A stretch of DNA of 64,000 bases, from assembly GCA_023334545.1 (NCBI GenBank), contig JAADVB010000060.1, positions 19,068-83,067 of the forward strand. Reading direction: 5' to 3'. The notes under the pieces were generated by a model that ran no database searches, was not told the DNA's origin, and saw only the letters and a list, made by a program, of their open reading frames with translations. This document shows, in pieces, positions 35,160 through 48,300 of the stretch. The translations under genes and the position numbers were made by a program. The stretch's first letter is position 1. Each line of letters opens with the position of its first letter. This stretch comes from Salisapilia sapeloensis CBS 127946. Taxonomy: Eukaryota; Protista; Oomycota.

Positions 35160-38100
35160 TTATCGCTTCGTAGCTTGGTTCACATCGACATTGGTCAGTC
35201 GAACGCATCCAAGCGCACGTTCTGGTAATTCATCTCGTTCCTGCGCTTCAATGACAAAAGCCAAGTCGATCACGAGCTCTGGTGCTTGGCCTAAGAGGAT
35301 TTTCACTAGTGCCGAAGCAACGACGGAGCTCCCAATGTCATAGTCAATCTCCAAGTATTTGTCTCCTCGATAGCATTTCATGTCGACTTTCGTGCCGAGG
35401 ATTGCCGGTGTCGATCCGACGCCGTGCTGTGTGCGCCACGTGCCCTCGACGACTCTCGGTATCAATTTAAGTCGCTTCCGACGCATTTCGTCACTGTCTC
35501 CACGCAAAAATTCATCACAGAGTGCACCAAAGCCATCTAACTTTTTCCCTTCGTTCTCGGCACGTGCAAAGTAGATGACAAGTGATCGACAAGGTGGTCC
35601 AGGAAGCATAAAGTTGACGATGAAGAGAAACGGGAGCTGGGAGTTGGATGATATCGACGATGTACCGACATGTTGGACTCGATCTCTACTTGCATACAAC
35701 TCGACACCGATTAAACGCATCGCTTGTGGAGCCGATGCACGTTTAATGGATGTAGAAAGGTACTGAGCTCCTCGTACGAAGAAAGTCGATGCATCTGGTT
35801 CGCTCCAAAAGTGGGTTGGAAGCGGATGTGATAGATTCGGACCATGTTCGTATGGCTCTAGGATCGGAACGGGGATCTCCGACACAATGAGTTGACTGCG
35901 AGGTGACATCTGAGGGGCGACATTCGACGTCACATCCGGCGTCTTTCCTTTCTCGATAAACGTACTGCATGCGACACCTCCATCATATCCATTCAGCGCC
36001 GAGATCATTTCCAACACACGAGCTCCGTACGCATGTACAAAGTACCAATATCGAGCAACAGTCGAGTCCAGCCATCCATTCGGATTCAACTGTAACGTGA
36101 GTGTGACCCATGCATCCGCCGTGTCTTCATCGGAATCGACTCGAGGCGAGATGATGAAACCTCCTCCGAGCATACTAGCACGAACGGTATCTTCATTCGG
36201 CCGTGGACAGTCTTTATGAGTCGTCGACTGGAAGCAGACAAAGTAGGATCCGTCCTCTTCCTTTCGCCAGTATCGAAGAAGACACAAGTCACGCGATTCA
36301 GCCTCGATCGGCCAGAGAGATATCGGTGATAGCTGCATGTGGAGCACATCACTATGATCCTTTACATCCTGCTCGACGACGGATGTACTAGCAATGATAT
36401 GATTATTGCGGTAGAACCGACTCTCTGTGTCCATGATCAAATCTAAAATATCTTTCGGCGACATCTGCACGCGCTGTCTTGTGCGTAAAGCAGGTGGAGG
36501 CCCGGCTTTCCATCCTCTATGCTGCTGCGTCCGCTCTACTTCTACTCGAAGCTGGAACGAATGATCATATAACGTCCAGTATGTTTCCTGAGAGAAAGTT
36601 GCTGATGTCCGGAACGTTTTTACGATCGATCGTGGTGCATTCCCAAACGACCCCGTACGCGGTCGGGATATCTCGGACATCTCCGATGCATCCATGCTGC
36701 CCGCGTGGATAGTAGCACTTCGCATGAGGCGAGAGACTTCAAGCTCAGCTCGTTCCGCCGCGGCGTCACTGATTAAATCATGGTCATGGTCCATGTACCA
36801 GCTCAAGTACCGCTTCCACTGCTCTTCCGCCTGGAGGATGCACTCCAAAATACTGTTTCGCCACCACTCGGCAATCTCGAGCGACTCGGCTGCAAGTGCG
36901 ATGGGACCACGGTTCCGGTGCTGGACGATGATGGCTCCAGCACCAGCAGCACTCGCAGCGGCGGCAGCGCTCATTCCCATGCCCATCATACCGATACCGA
37001 CGCCAGCTAAGCCTCCAGTCAGCACAACTGCCGTTGCAGCAGTGGCAGCCGCAGCCGCAGCTGCAGCTCGATTCCGGAAGCGTCGTGATCGACGACGTTT
37101 GTTCGATAGAGGTTGTCCATGCTGCATATCACCTTCAACATCCCCGTTGGGATCTGGAGAAGAGGGTGTGGAGTCCATGAAGCTGTTATTGCCACGATTG
37201 GTGGTGGTAGATGGCGAGCCAAGCGGTTCGTTCACTGCATTCTGAGCGTTACGAGATGCTTCTTCGATCTCTTCTGCCGTCACGTGCGTTAAATGACGGA
37301 TACGGAACGTGTACAGACGCTTTGCCTCAATCTTACTGGAAGAAACACGTACGTCATCGACAGTAGTGCCAGGTCCAAGTACGAACCAGCCACGCGGATC
37401 GCGATCTCCCTTTCGTCGAAAGTAACACAAGTAGTGCGTGCCGTCTGCCGTCGTTCGAATCATAAAGTACCGTTCTCGCCATAGATTGACGTGCTGACCC
37501 TTTTTGCGCAGCCATCCTTCCATCCGTATCTCTTCAGAAGACGATGGCACTCTGTTGAGACTGACGCCGGAGAGTCCAAGTGGAGGTGCTCGCATTGGCA
37601 TGGAGCCACTTGATAATGGAGGTTGGTCCGGCATCGGCTGAGATGCGAACTGGATGAGCTGTCGATCTCGTTCTTGGCAGATTTCATTCACAAACTGCAC
37701 TAGACGAGGTTTCATGACTTCCTTCACTAGGCTATCTTCTAGCATACGAGGTCGAGGTTGATTGTACGACGAACGAGAGTCTCTGTCTTCTTCATCAAGA
37801 CTAATAGAGCGTTCACCATCTACAATCTCCTCATCCAGTTGTGAAAGGGACGATCCACTCCGCTCTTCTCGTCGCTTAGCTGAGAATGCGTTCATCAATT
37901 CATCATAAAAGGCATTGCAGCGTTCGACAAAAGCTGGTTCTTGATGTATATTCGGTCGCTGGGCCTGAATTTGCGGTGCAGAGGCATAGACACTCAGACA
38001 GAGCTTCTGGAGTGCATTCAGGACGACACGCTTGCCATTTTCTCGACTAGCATAGCTCGCGGTGATGTAGTCGGACATGATGACCTCAAGCAGCATGCTC

Positions 38101-38183
38101 AGTCTGTCTGCATCGAGCAAGGCATCAGGAACACTGCCTCCTGGTGCCATCTTCCCTCCCGTCAGCTCCTTTTCGCTAATCAA
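35160..38183 (-). CDS. EDR2-like lipid-binding protein (PH + START + DUF1336/EDR2_C)
   Basis: PH domain (MEGWLRKKGQHVNLWRERYF...AEWWRNSI), START domain (SRDLCLLRYWRKEEDGSYFVCFQS...VRASMLGGGF), and EDR2_C (FWSEPDASTFFVRGAQYL...RLKLIPRVVEG...YLEIDYDIGSSVVA). A probable further intron at 38176..38237 means the 5' end may lie upstream. Confidence 0.9.
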   Translation of the reverse strand: MISEKELTGGKMAPGGSVPDALLDADRLSMLLEVIMSDYITASYASRENGKRVVLNALQKLCLSVYASAPQIQAQRPNIHQEPAFVERCNAFYDELMNAFSAKRREERSGSSLSQLDEEIVDGERSISLDEEDRDSRSSYNQPRPRMLEDSLVKEVMKPRLVQFVNEICQERDRQLIQFASQPMPDQPPLSSGSMPMRAPPLGLSGVSLNRVPSSSEEIRMEGWLRKKGQHVNLWRERYFMIRTTADGTHYLCYFRRKGDRDPRGWFVLGPGTTVDDVRVSSSKIEAKRLYTFRIRHLTHVTAEEIEEASRNAQNAVNEPLGSPSTTTNRGNNSFMDSTPSSPDPNGDVEGDMQHGQPLSNKRRRSRRFRNRAAAAAAAATAATAVVLTGGLAGVGIGMMGMGMSAAAAASAAGAGAIIVQHRNRGPIALAAESLEIAEWWRNSILECILQAEEQWKRYLSWYMDHDHDLISDAAAERAELEVSRLMRSATIHAGSMDASEMSEISRPRTGSFGNAPRSIVKTFRTSATFSQETYWTLYDHSFQLRVEVERTQQHRGWKAGPPPALRTRQRVQMSPKDILDLIMDTESRFYRNNHIIASTSVVEQDVKDHSDVLHMQLSPISLWPIEAESRDLCLLRYWRKEEDGSYFVCFQSTTHKDCPRPNEDTVRASMLGGGFIISPRVDSDEDTADAWVTLTLQLNPNGWLDSTVARYWYFVHAYGARVLEMISALNGYDGGVACSTFIEKGKTPDVTSNVAPQMSPRSQLIVSEIPVPILEPYEHGPNLSHPLPTHFWSEPDASTFFVRGAQYLSTSIKRASAPQAMRLIGVELYASRDRVQHVGTSSISSNSQLPFLFIVNFMLPGPPCRSLVIYFARAENEGKKLDGFGALCDEFLRGDSDEMRRKRLKLIPRVVEGTWRTQHGVGSTPAILGTKVDMKCYRGDKYLEIDYDIGSSVVASALVKILLGQAPELVIDLAFVIEAQERDELPERALGCVRLTNVDVNQATKR

Positions 38184-39618
38184 ATGAAGGGGATGTGCCA
38201 GAAGGAGGCTGGATTAGTTTTAGTGTGTGAATCGTACATAGTGATGACGCTCCAAGTTTCCTCTTCCTCGTTATGCTGTCTCTATCCATGCTGATCCATG
38301 CAAACGGAAACCGTTGTTTTATCGTATAATGCCTATGCTATGAGGCTCCGGAGTAGTGTTTACATGTATGACTAGGCTTCTTGGGTTGCTTTATGTTGTG
38401 TAGCTTCCTGCATCGGTTGGAGATCATGCGTATGCACCTCGAGCGTGTACCATGAAATGCTGATGTCTCACTACCAGACGTTCATCTTGTATCCAATGGT
38501 GGTACGATGCAACGCATCTAGGCCGCAAGAAGGATTCTCTTTGTCTCGTGAAGATGTTTTAAAAAGTGGTAACCTTGTCATTGACATTCGTATCCTCTCA
38601 TGTAGCTTGCGGTGCTTCAAACGCAACTTTATTTATTCCTGTGGAATGAGCAAGCACACTCTACGAAAACTGCGACAAGAAATGCGCATAAATCGCTCCC
38701 GTAAACATCTATCAGAATACTGTTCAGTCATCTTGCATGAGTCAAAGCAAATCCACTGGTGGTGCGATTCTTGATACTTACTGAGTACCTTCAGACCGCG
38801 GGTGGAGCATGAAACTTTTGCTTGGAACTGGCACGAATCATTAGGCTCGTATTCCTAATGCCTTGAATGAAGACAAGCAAACATTTACATTGAGGACTGG
38901 TAGATGCATTTGGTAATGCATGAAGCTCTCTTGTCGAGGTTTCACAAGCACAAACCTATTGTTTTGTTTCAATTACCTCCGCCTAGACTCTGTATCTACG
39001 GAGCCTACTCTGATGAACATCACTTGTGCATTGATGTAGTGAAAGCTCATATTTCGTACAGTTTAGAAATGGTATTCAGATTGATATTCATGGCTTTTCA
39101 TCAGTGACTATTACACTAAACGAGCGAATAAATAAAAGGTGTAATTGCGTTGATCCTAATCGTGGTTCTCAGACGTAGAATAGGAAATGACAATAGCAAT
39201 CAAAGGTTCATCTACTTCCAAATTCCTATATCCATCTCTGTAGATCGCACAAGCTAGCCTTTACAAGCACTAATGGGTCGACAAGCAAGCATGAAGTATC
39301 GTCAGTCGCTCGACATCGATGCACCTCAGTTTCATACCAAACCATTCGATAGTCTTCAAGTCATCGTTCTTGGTCTTCTCGTCACTTCCAAGGTCTCTAA
39401 ACTTTTCTACAAAAATGCGAATACATCTTGATCTTAGATATCTCCATTTATGCCCAGTTCCCCATAACCTTTTGCTCCTTATGCCATTCCTACTTTCATT
39501 AGTGAGAGATCGTGTCGGTGGTAGTTGCCTGAGCGAACAACTGTTGGGAGTGCCGATTGGTCGAGTCAGTTAGTAACCGAATACGTTCCATCCAACTTGA
39601 GCATTTACACGGTCGTGC

Positions 39619-41385
39619 GTGGCGGATTCAAATATGCACGAGTGGTCTCCTGTACAGAATTTGACGATACTGGAGGCTAGTGGGAGCTCTAGAAGTAGCT
39701 TCGAGAGCGAAGAGGTTCCGTACAAGCATTCGGATGCACCGTCGACGAACGTTGTCCATAAAGCTGATTACAAGGACGAAGAGCTCTTCGGACCAAGACT
39801 GTCGTCTCCTGATGCAAATGGCAATGGGAAAGCAAGCGTCTGGAAAAGGTACTTGTTCGATCGCAAGCCACTGGGCATACTAGTGAATTACGCAGCCATC
39901 GGCCTCTTCGTTGGCTTCTTCCAAGCTATCTACTATCCGTATTTGAAAATATTTTTGAACATGTCTGAGACGGAAGCGGATGCCGCTGAAACTTGGATGG
40001 CACTACCGTGGCATCTAAAGTTCTTCTTTGCACTCCTCACGGATCTCTTTCCCATACGTTACTATCGTCGAAGACCATATATCATCGCTGGATGGAGTCT
40101 CTGCTTGCTCTACGCGATCATCATGGCTGCGCTTCCGGCGCCAAGTCCATACTACAGCAATGGAGCTGTCATGAATGGGAACAGTGCAGATGCAGGACGA
40201 GGATACATTAGTCTTTTCGTGCTAACACGCTTCGCGTTAGTTGTCATTCAAGTAGCTGTGGATGGACAGCTCGTTTCATTCCACTGGAAGCAAGAACAGA
40301 GTTTGGATCGAAATAAGGTTCTCTTCTTCGGTGACTTGACTGTGGCAGCTTATTGCCTCAATTACGCATGCCAGGCACTCTCGAGTTTCTTGGTCGCGTT
40401 CCTTTGTAGTAGTGAGGCGTATGGTGGAGACTTTGGATGGGGAGCATCCATCAGTGCGATGATGACGATCCCACTCATCGCTGGAATTGCTGCTATATCG
40501 CTGTCTTGGTTCTTCGTAACGGAAGACCAAATGGATGCATCGGATGGTAGCCGCGTCTCACGACTGCAGGCCTTACGTCATGATAGAGCAGTGTGGCAAG
40601 TAGCTGCCTATGCCTTTTTGTCAAGGCTCTGCTTTCTTTACTATGCAAGTACAGCAAAAGCGATTTATGAATTCTGGGCTCCCGTCGGCCAGTTGGTCAA
40701 TGGTGTCTTTGACTTTATCAACAATATCGTCTATGCAGTTGCTGGTTTGTTCATGCTCCGACTATTATCAACGTCATTTTCATGGAGGAAGATGGTTCTA
40801 ATAGCGTTGACTGGTTCGCTCGTCTTCACAGTATTCCCACCACTTTTTACTGTCTACGGAGTCGTTCGGAACGAATGGTTCTCGCTCATTTGGGAGCAGT
40901 GCGCTGCCTTGTTTGAAGCAATCGGATACTACATTGTCCTCGTTTCAGCTATCAGTGCCTCAGACGTCGAACGTGGACTTGAATCGACATCCTTCAATGC
41001 CGTCTTGACCGCTGCAAACATCGCACTACCGTTTGCTGTGTCGTTATCTCAGAGCATTGGTGCTCACTTCGATGTGTACGACACAGACTACGAAGCAGAT
41101 ACATCCGAATCACACTCTAAAGTGCTCATGTGCTTTATTATCGTAGTAGTCGTGAGAGTACTACATGTTCCAATGTTACTTGCGCTACCAAAGGATGGAT
41201 TCGATGGCATCCAGGATATGAAGTTCAATGTGGAAGGCTCCGAGCAGAGTGTTTATCAAATGTGGAAACGCAGATGCGTTCTAATCGTTCTAGGCTTTGC
41301 TGTCTTCTGGGCGATATTGACGACATGTCTTGCAGCAACACAAAACACATCGTGCTTGACGGTTGCTGGAGGAGAAGGCTGCTAA
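39619..41385 (+). CDS. Folate-biopterin transporter (BT1)-like MFS membrane protein
   Basis: About 12 hydrophobic helices and the motif LPWHLKFFFALLTDLFPIRYYRRRPYIIAGW, matching BT1-family PWxxKxxxGxxSD...RR.PY. Several canonical residues are substituted. Confidence 0.8.
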   Translation: MADSNMHEWSPVQNLTILEASGSSRSSFESEEVPYKHSDAPSTNVVHKADYKDEELFGPRLSSPDANGNGKASVWKRYLFDRKPLGILVNYAAIGLFVGFFQAIYYPYLKIFLNMSETEADAAETWMALPWHLKFFFALLTDLFPIRYYRRRPYIIAGWSLCLLYAIIMAALPAPSPYYSNGAVMNGNSADAGRGYISLFVLTRFALVVIQVAVDGQLVSFHWKQEQSLDRNKVLFFGDLTVAAYCLNYACQALSSFLVAFLCSSEAYGGDFGWGASISAMMTIPLIAGIAAISLSWFFVTEDQMDASDGSRVSRLQALRHDRAVWQVAAYAFLSRLCFLYYASTAKAIYEFWAPVGQLVNGVFDFINNIVYAVAGLFMLRLLSTSFSWRKMVLIALTGSLVFTVFPPLFTVYGVVRNEWFSLIWEQCAALFEAIGYYIVLVSAISASDVERGLESTSFNAVLTAANIALPFAVSLSQSIGAHFDVYDTDYEADTSESHSKVLMCFIIVVVVRVLHVPMLLALPKDGFDGIQDMKFNVEGSEQSVYQMWKRRCVLIVLGFAVFWAILTTCLAATQNTSCLTVAGGEGC

Positions 41386-41571
41386 GCCACGTCTGCCCAA
41401 TGCGTACTTGTTATCAATATATGTTTGTTGTCCATACATCTCGCTCTTATGTCATGTAAACTCTCGTCATATTGCTATCACTATCACTATGTCACAAGAA
41501 ACGTTGAAAGTCATCTAACAAAGAAACATTCTTCATTGTCCATGTTATCGCCTCTGACATAGCATCGACAA

Positions 41572-43320
41572 TCACTGCAATTGCTTGGCAACGGCCGAAA
41601 TCCAGCATGCTGCTGCCTTTGCACCAGGATCAGGCACATCCTTGCCATGGTCTTCTCCAACGTATCCGGATCGTCCAAATGCTTTTGTCGTCGAAATATC
41701 TTTTGTCTTTTCAGCACCTTCTTCAGCTGCCTTTGCTGCAGCATTCGCCATCTCTGCTCCATTCGAACCATTAAAGACCGCTCTTCCTGCAGGTAAAAGC
41801 GCATCCAGCATCGTTCGAGAGCCTTCGCTCGCACCACCGTACCTCTTGATAGCGTCGGTACCAGCCTGGAAGCAGTTAGCCCAGGCTTGCGCATCTGCTT
41901 TGCCACCTTGCTCGATCGCGCCAGCAGCCGTTGTGAAGAAGATGTTGTACAGAACGCCCGAGGTACCTCCAGCGCTCTTCCCGAGTGATACAGCAATGGC
42001 ACGTAGTGTATCGGCAGGGTCATTAAGTGGGTAGTGATCCGCCATATCGCTCTGGATCATTTGCGCAGCCTCCTTGAAGGTCGTGCCGCAGTCACCATCG
42101 CCGACCTTGTAGTCCCAAGCCGTCAGATCCGGTTCCGCCTTGATCAATGCTTCGCATGCACTACTTATACACTTTTCCAACAAGGAGCCTGTTTCACTTA
42201 GTTGGGACGGACGAGAGAACGCCTTCGTGCTGGTCTTCGAAGCGCCACCTGCTTCGAGGATATATTCTTCCTCGGTACGTTGTGGGGCAGCGACGTAGTT
42301 CCATCCAGGCGCACTGGCCGGGTGGTCAAGGTGTCCCAATAGCTTCTGGTCACCATCCGAGTGCCAGACAGTAAGCGAGAATCCAGCCATGTCCAAGGAA
42401 GTCATGTACGCCCCAACGAGCACACGTTCGACGATGACGCCTTGCTTCTCTAGTGCTTGGACAGCGTACTTGGCAACAACGTAAAGCTCCATATTGGTAG
42501 TCGAGCCGAGGTTATTGATCATGAGCACACATTTATCTCCTTTCGTCACTTGCACGTGCACAGGAGACTGGTTGTCGAGGATCTTGTTGATAATGCGCTG
42601 CGTGAGGGCAGGTACTTGCTCCATTTCTGCCTTTTCCATGCCAGGTTCTCCGTGGATGCCGAGTCCAAGCTCCATCTCGTTGTCTCCGAAATCTCGAGAC
42701 TGATCGTCTTGCCCAGGCAGTGTGCAAGGCTTGATGGCTACGCCCATGGTGCCTAGCGTCTCCGGCTTGGTAACCTTTTCCAGCATCGCGATAATCTCTT
42801 CAAGTGATGCACCTTGGTGGGCAGCTGCCCCAGCCAGTTTGTGGGCAAAGACGGTCCCACTGAGTCCACGGCGACCGGCGTTGGCGTTCACCACGGCGAC
42901 ATCTTCCCCGACAATGATCATATCGACCTTGTACCCCTCCGCTTTGGCTTCTTCAACGGCGAGACCAAAGTTGAGTCGATCACCCGTGTAGTTCTTGACG
43001 ATTACTACCGTTCCGTGTGGTCCAGCAACCTTACGGATCGCAGCGAGGACTTGCTGCGTCGATGGTGACGCGAAGACGCCACCACAAACAGCAGCCGTGA
43101 GCATACCAGAGCCGACGTATCCGGCGTGAGCCGGTTCATGCCCTGATCCACCTCCCGATACCAGCGTAACTTGCTGCTGCTTAATACTTTCAAAGTCGCG
43201 ATGCACCACGACGCGTTCGTCTCGAAGTAGCGCAAGATGCGGATGTGCTCGGACCATGCCTTCGAGCATTTCATCGACAATGCCTTGTCCGTCCGTCACG
43301 AGCTGCTTTGCTTTCACCAT
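41572..43320 (-). CDS. TKFC: Dihydroxyacetone kinase / triokinase (DhaK-DhaL fusion)
   Basis: SGGGSGHEPAHAGYVG, VKNYTGDRLNFG, GLGIHGEPG, DYKVGDGDCG, GGTSG, RTMLDAL, GRSGYVG and PDPGA motifs. Intronless. Confidence 0.95.
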   Translation of the reverse strand: MVKAKQLVTDGQGIVDEMLEGMVRAHPHLALLRDERVVVHRDFESIKQQQVTLVSGGGSGHEPAHAGYVGSGMLTAAVCGGVFASPSTQQVLAAIRKVAGPHGTVVIVKNYTGDRLNFGLAVEEAKAEGYKVDMIIVGEDVAVVNANAGRRGLSGTVFAHKLAGAAAHQGASLEEIIAMLEKVTKPETLGTMGVAIKPCTLPGQDDQSRDFGDNEMELGLGIHGEPGMEKAEMEQVPALTQRIINKILDNQSPVHVQVTKGDKCVLMINNLGSTTNMELYVVAKYAVQALEKQGVIVERVLVGAYMTSLDMAGFSLTVWHSDGDQKLLGHLDHPASAPGWNYVAAPQRTEEEYILEAGGASKTSTKAFSRPSQLSETGSLLEKCISSACEALIKAEPDLTAWDYKVGDGDCGTTFKEAAQMIQSDMADHYPLNDPADTLRAIAVSLGKSAGGTSGVLYNIFFTTAAGAIEQGGKADAQAWANCFQAGTDAIKRYGGASEGSRTMLDALLPAGRAVFNGSNGAEMANAAAKAAEEGAEKTKDISTTKAFGRSGYVGEDHGKDVPDPGAKAAACWISAVAKQLQ

Positions 43321-43363
43321 CGTATCTTCGTACGGTACAGATCGGATGTACGTCCTCGCGTGC

Positions 43364-43379
43364 GAATTGAAGAATGTCC
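43364..43379 (-). promoter_or_regulatory. Inr/FPR-like core promoter of the dihydroxyacetone kinase gene
   Basis: Minus strand GGACATTCTTCAATTC matches 13/16 positions of the oomycete consensus GCTCATTYYNCAWTTT, 43 nt upstream of the ATG. Confidence 0.5.
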
Positions 43380-43693
43380 AAGGATGCTCCTTGAAGTCGC
43401 ATGATGTCTTTTTTCTAGACCAATATTTAATATGCTCACGGACTGTTTCTAGAGAGAAACCTTATTCTCTCTGCTCTCTCTTCTCTCTACTTAATGATGA
43501 CGTGGACATAAAGTAGTGGGTACATGCAAAGGCAAGATACATGGTGTATCGGGCTAGATCGACCATAATAATGTCGTTTCAGGCATGGATATTTCAACAG
43601 GGGTGTTACACATCAAGATGGGATGTGCTTGCAGTCGAGACAGGATTCAAACGTGGCAATCGACCGGACGCTGAATAGTTTTGCAAGGGGCAA

Positions 43694-45150
<1,457 letters not shown>

Positions 45151-45397
45151 AAGTGTGCTTATGGAGCAGAACTACCAGTCATTCGTATTCTTTAAACTAA
45201 TACACCTCTTGGACTGCTCTAGCAAAGCATAAAATTGTCTTGGTGTTTAAGTGGGATCCTAGATTACATTTCCATTGCATGCTGTCATTGGTACTTTTGT
45301 ATTGATATGCTTGCATCTGACTGATGTTGGGCGTTTCGTCCTTGTCAACAGGCGTACTTAGATTTGTCTATCAATTCGAGATCAAACGCTTTCGAGG

Positions 45398-48300
45398 ATG
45401 GCAGCAGCTCTGCAGCAGTACCAAGCATGTTTAAATATTATGATGCGACTACGTGTGGAAGACTTAGCGTTGTTAAAAAATGACTTTGAAAAGAAGGCAT
45501 CGGACGGATTATCTTTAATCGACTTTATCAGTGTCATGCTTGACCGTGTCAGTGGATGGGATAGCACTTCGGCGCCAATTTTTATTCAAGATCTTGTTGA
45601 GCTCTTCCTGCAAGTTGATGTGAATGGAGATGGAAACATGACGTGGGAAGAGTTTACGAATGCAATTATTGAAGGAAGTATGGGTGCTTCCGAGAACACA
45701 CCAGACTGGGCGGATTTGCAGTACGAAGAAGATAGTATCTTCAGAGATTACGCTGTAAATCGTCCACCAAAAGAGATCATCTATTTATCTGCATTTCGTC
45801 GAGTTATACTCTTCGATGATTCTCGTCCGGTAGTCGAAATCTTAGACCCGATGCCGTTGATTCCATCTGATCGCCGCTTGAATAAGAGCAAGAAAGCAGC
45901 GCAGAAGAATGCTCATTTAGATGAAGAGGAGGATACAGTTCTAGAAGCGACATTTCTACCTACTCTGCCGGTAATATGCAAGTTTCACCCGCTTCATTAT
46001 CAAGCTGGGTACCGGCATGATCAGGATGAAGTTCGATCCGAACGGTCCCCAGTGCAAGCGGTAAAGTACCTGAGCGGGGTGGAGCTACTTGCAGTATCAG
46101 CCGGCGACTTGAAGCTTACCTTTTGGCCAGCGTCGATCATAATTTCTGGTAGCACTAGCGCAGTCAATTTAACATCTCCACTTGTCATTCTACATACGCA
46201 TCGGTCACAACGCGTGCTCGAGTGGAATGAAAGTACGAACACTCTCTTCGCTATCTCATCTGAAAGGGATATCATAGTCTACACTGTCTATTATCATCCT
46301 GCAACTGATCTCAAGGCAGCAAATTGTGAAGTCAAACTTACTAGGACATTGTCCAAGCACATTGACCTCGTACAGGACTTACTTGTGTTAAACCCAGGGA
46401 TTATGGTCTCCTGTGGGATGGATAGTCGCATCTATCTCTGGGATACGAGTACACTCGAGGTCTGTGGAGAGCGTCAAGGACATCGCAGAGGTGTTCGCCT
46501 AATAACAAAACTCTCCGATTGTGCCTTTTTAAGTGCTGGCTTCGAGTGCGAGATTCTTGGATGGGATATCTCGTCAGTAGCTACTAGCCCTATATTCAAG
46601 TTGTGGGGCCACAATGCACCAGTCCGAGCGATTGAACTAATCCCTACATCCACGTATTTGTCTACATTACCATCTACTCGTACAGTTGTACCAGGATCAG
46701 AAGGACCTGCTTCAACGACTAGTGCCGTACCAATGCTAGCCGATCAAGCGATCTCAGTGGATGATGATGGTTGGCTCAAGTGGTGGGACCTTAATGGTGT
46801 TTTCTCGATGGAGAGTAATGGCCTAGAGGAGACGAATCGACGGTGCCTCCAAACATTTCGATTAGGCAATAGCAAGACACCGTGGAAAGCGCATTCGTTA
46901 GCTGTGATGCACGATGGACAGTGTATTCTTGCCGCTGGGCATCACAAAGTAAAGCTGTTACGTCGAGTTCGTCTACGCCCATTGACACTGCCTTCGGCTG
47001 TGATCAAGTACAATGCAACTTCTATTACCTTTCTTACGACAACGCACCGAGAGATTTGTGTGTGGGATGCTGCGTCGGCTAACTTACTCCGCACATTCCA
47101 TGGTGTGGTAACCTCAGATATAACATGCGTCGATCTAGACAATCGACAACGAAAGATTATTATTGGCACTCAAGACGGCTCACTTGTCACACTTAACTAT
47201 CTAAATGGTGCTGTCTTAAAGCACTGGGTGCCTCATAAGTCACACGTGTCTGCTCTGCATTATTGTAAAGAAGATCAGTGTGTCCTGACAGTGGCATGGG
47301 ACCGGTCACTCCGTCTATACGATGACAACACGACCTCTCATTCCAATGCACTACTGCGTTGTGTTGTCAATGCTCACGAGACGGACATCAAATGCCTCTC
47401 GTATTGCTACTCGATGGCTCTCGTCGTCACGGGCAGTGCGGACGGATGGATTAAAATATGGGATTACTTATACTTTCTTTTGGAGGACACCTGCTTCATG
47501 CCAATGTCAAAGACTTCGACGCCAGCGGATGCAGGAGTCACCTGCCTAGAATTCATCGAGCCTTACCCGCTCTTCCTTTCTGGACATGAAAATGGCACAA
47601 TATGCTGCTGGAAAATCGTCCCAGGCAAACAAGTGGAACTACTACTTAGCTGGGATCCTTGTGACGTTCCAAACGCCCCATTGCTGTCGGAGGATCCATC
47701 AGTTCCAGTCGAGCAAAATAAAGAGGAAGCAGCTAATTTGATTGACGATGATAGATCATTGTATGAAAAGCTGGTTCAGAGCAACCAGCCTCGACCTACT
47801 CAACACGTGGAAAATTGGAAAGATGGTGGAATCTGCGGATGTCGAGTGCATTACGATGAAAGCAAAGGTGAAGTTGTTACGGAAGAGATCCGCAAAGGAG
47901 CTTTCTTCTTAGTCTTATCGAATACACGAGGACAACTGAGTGTCACGGACATCTCTCAACTCATCACCAACTCTTACGTCCATGCACTGCATGATGGTAA
48001 CCAGACGAATGTTCATCAGTTGGGATCATATAACCCGCGGAGGCGATTTTTACGTCAAGGGCGAAGTATGCAGCGACTTCGTAGTCGCTTAGCACATCGT
48101 ACAAACTTAAATCCGTTACCGCAAACGTCGTTATCACCAGAAGATTTGACGTGCGTAGCTATCTGGCAGGCACACCAAGGCAGCATTCGCTACATCGAAG
48201 TCGTTGAGGAACCAACGACGATATTGAGTTGTGGCAATGATACGGCATGTCGAGTATGGGGATTTGATGGAAAACCGCTTGGAGATTTAAAAGATGAATC

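Noticed and set aside
38445-39107. Short plus-strand ORFs upstream of the EDR2-like gene
   Set aside because: No recognisable homology; more likely promoter/UTR or upstream introns of the flanking divergent genes.
41475-41490. CTATCA short tandem repeat
   Set aside because: Under three copies in a 3' intergenic gap; ordinary microsatellite-level noise.
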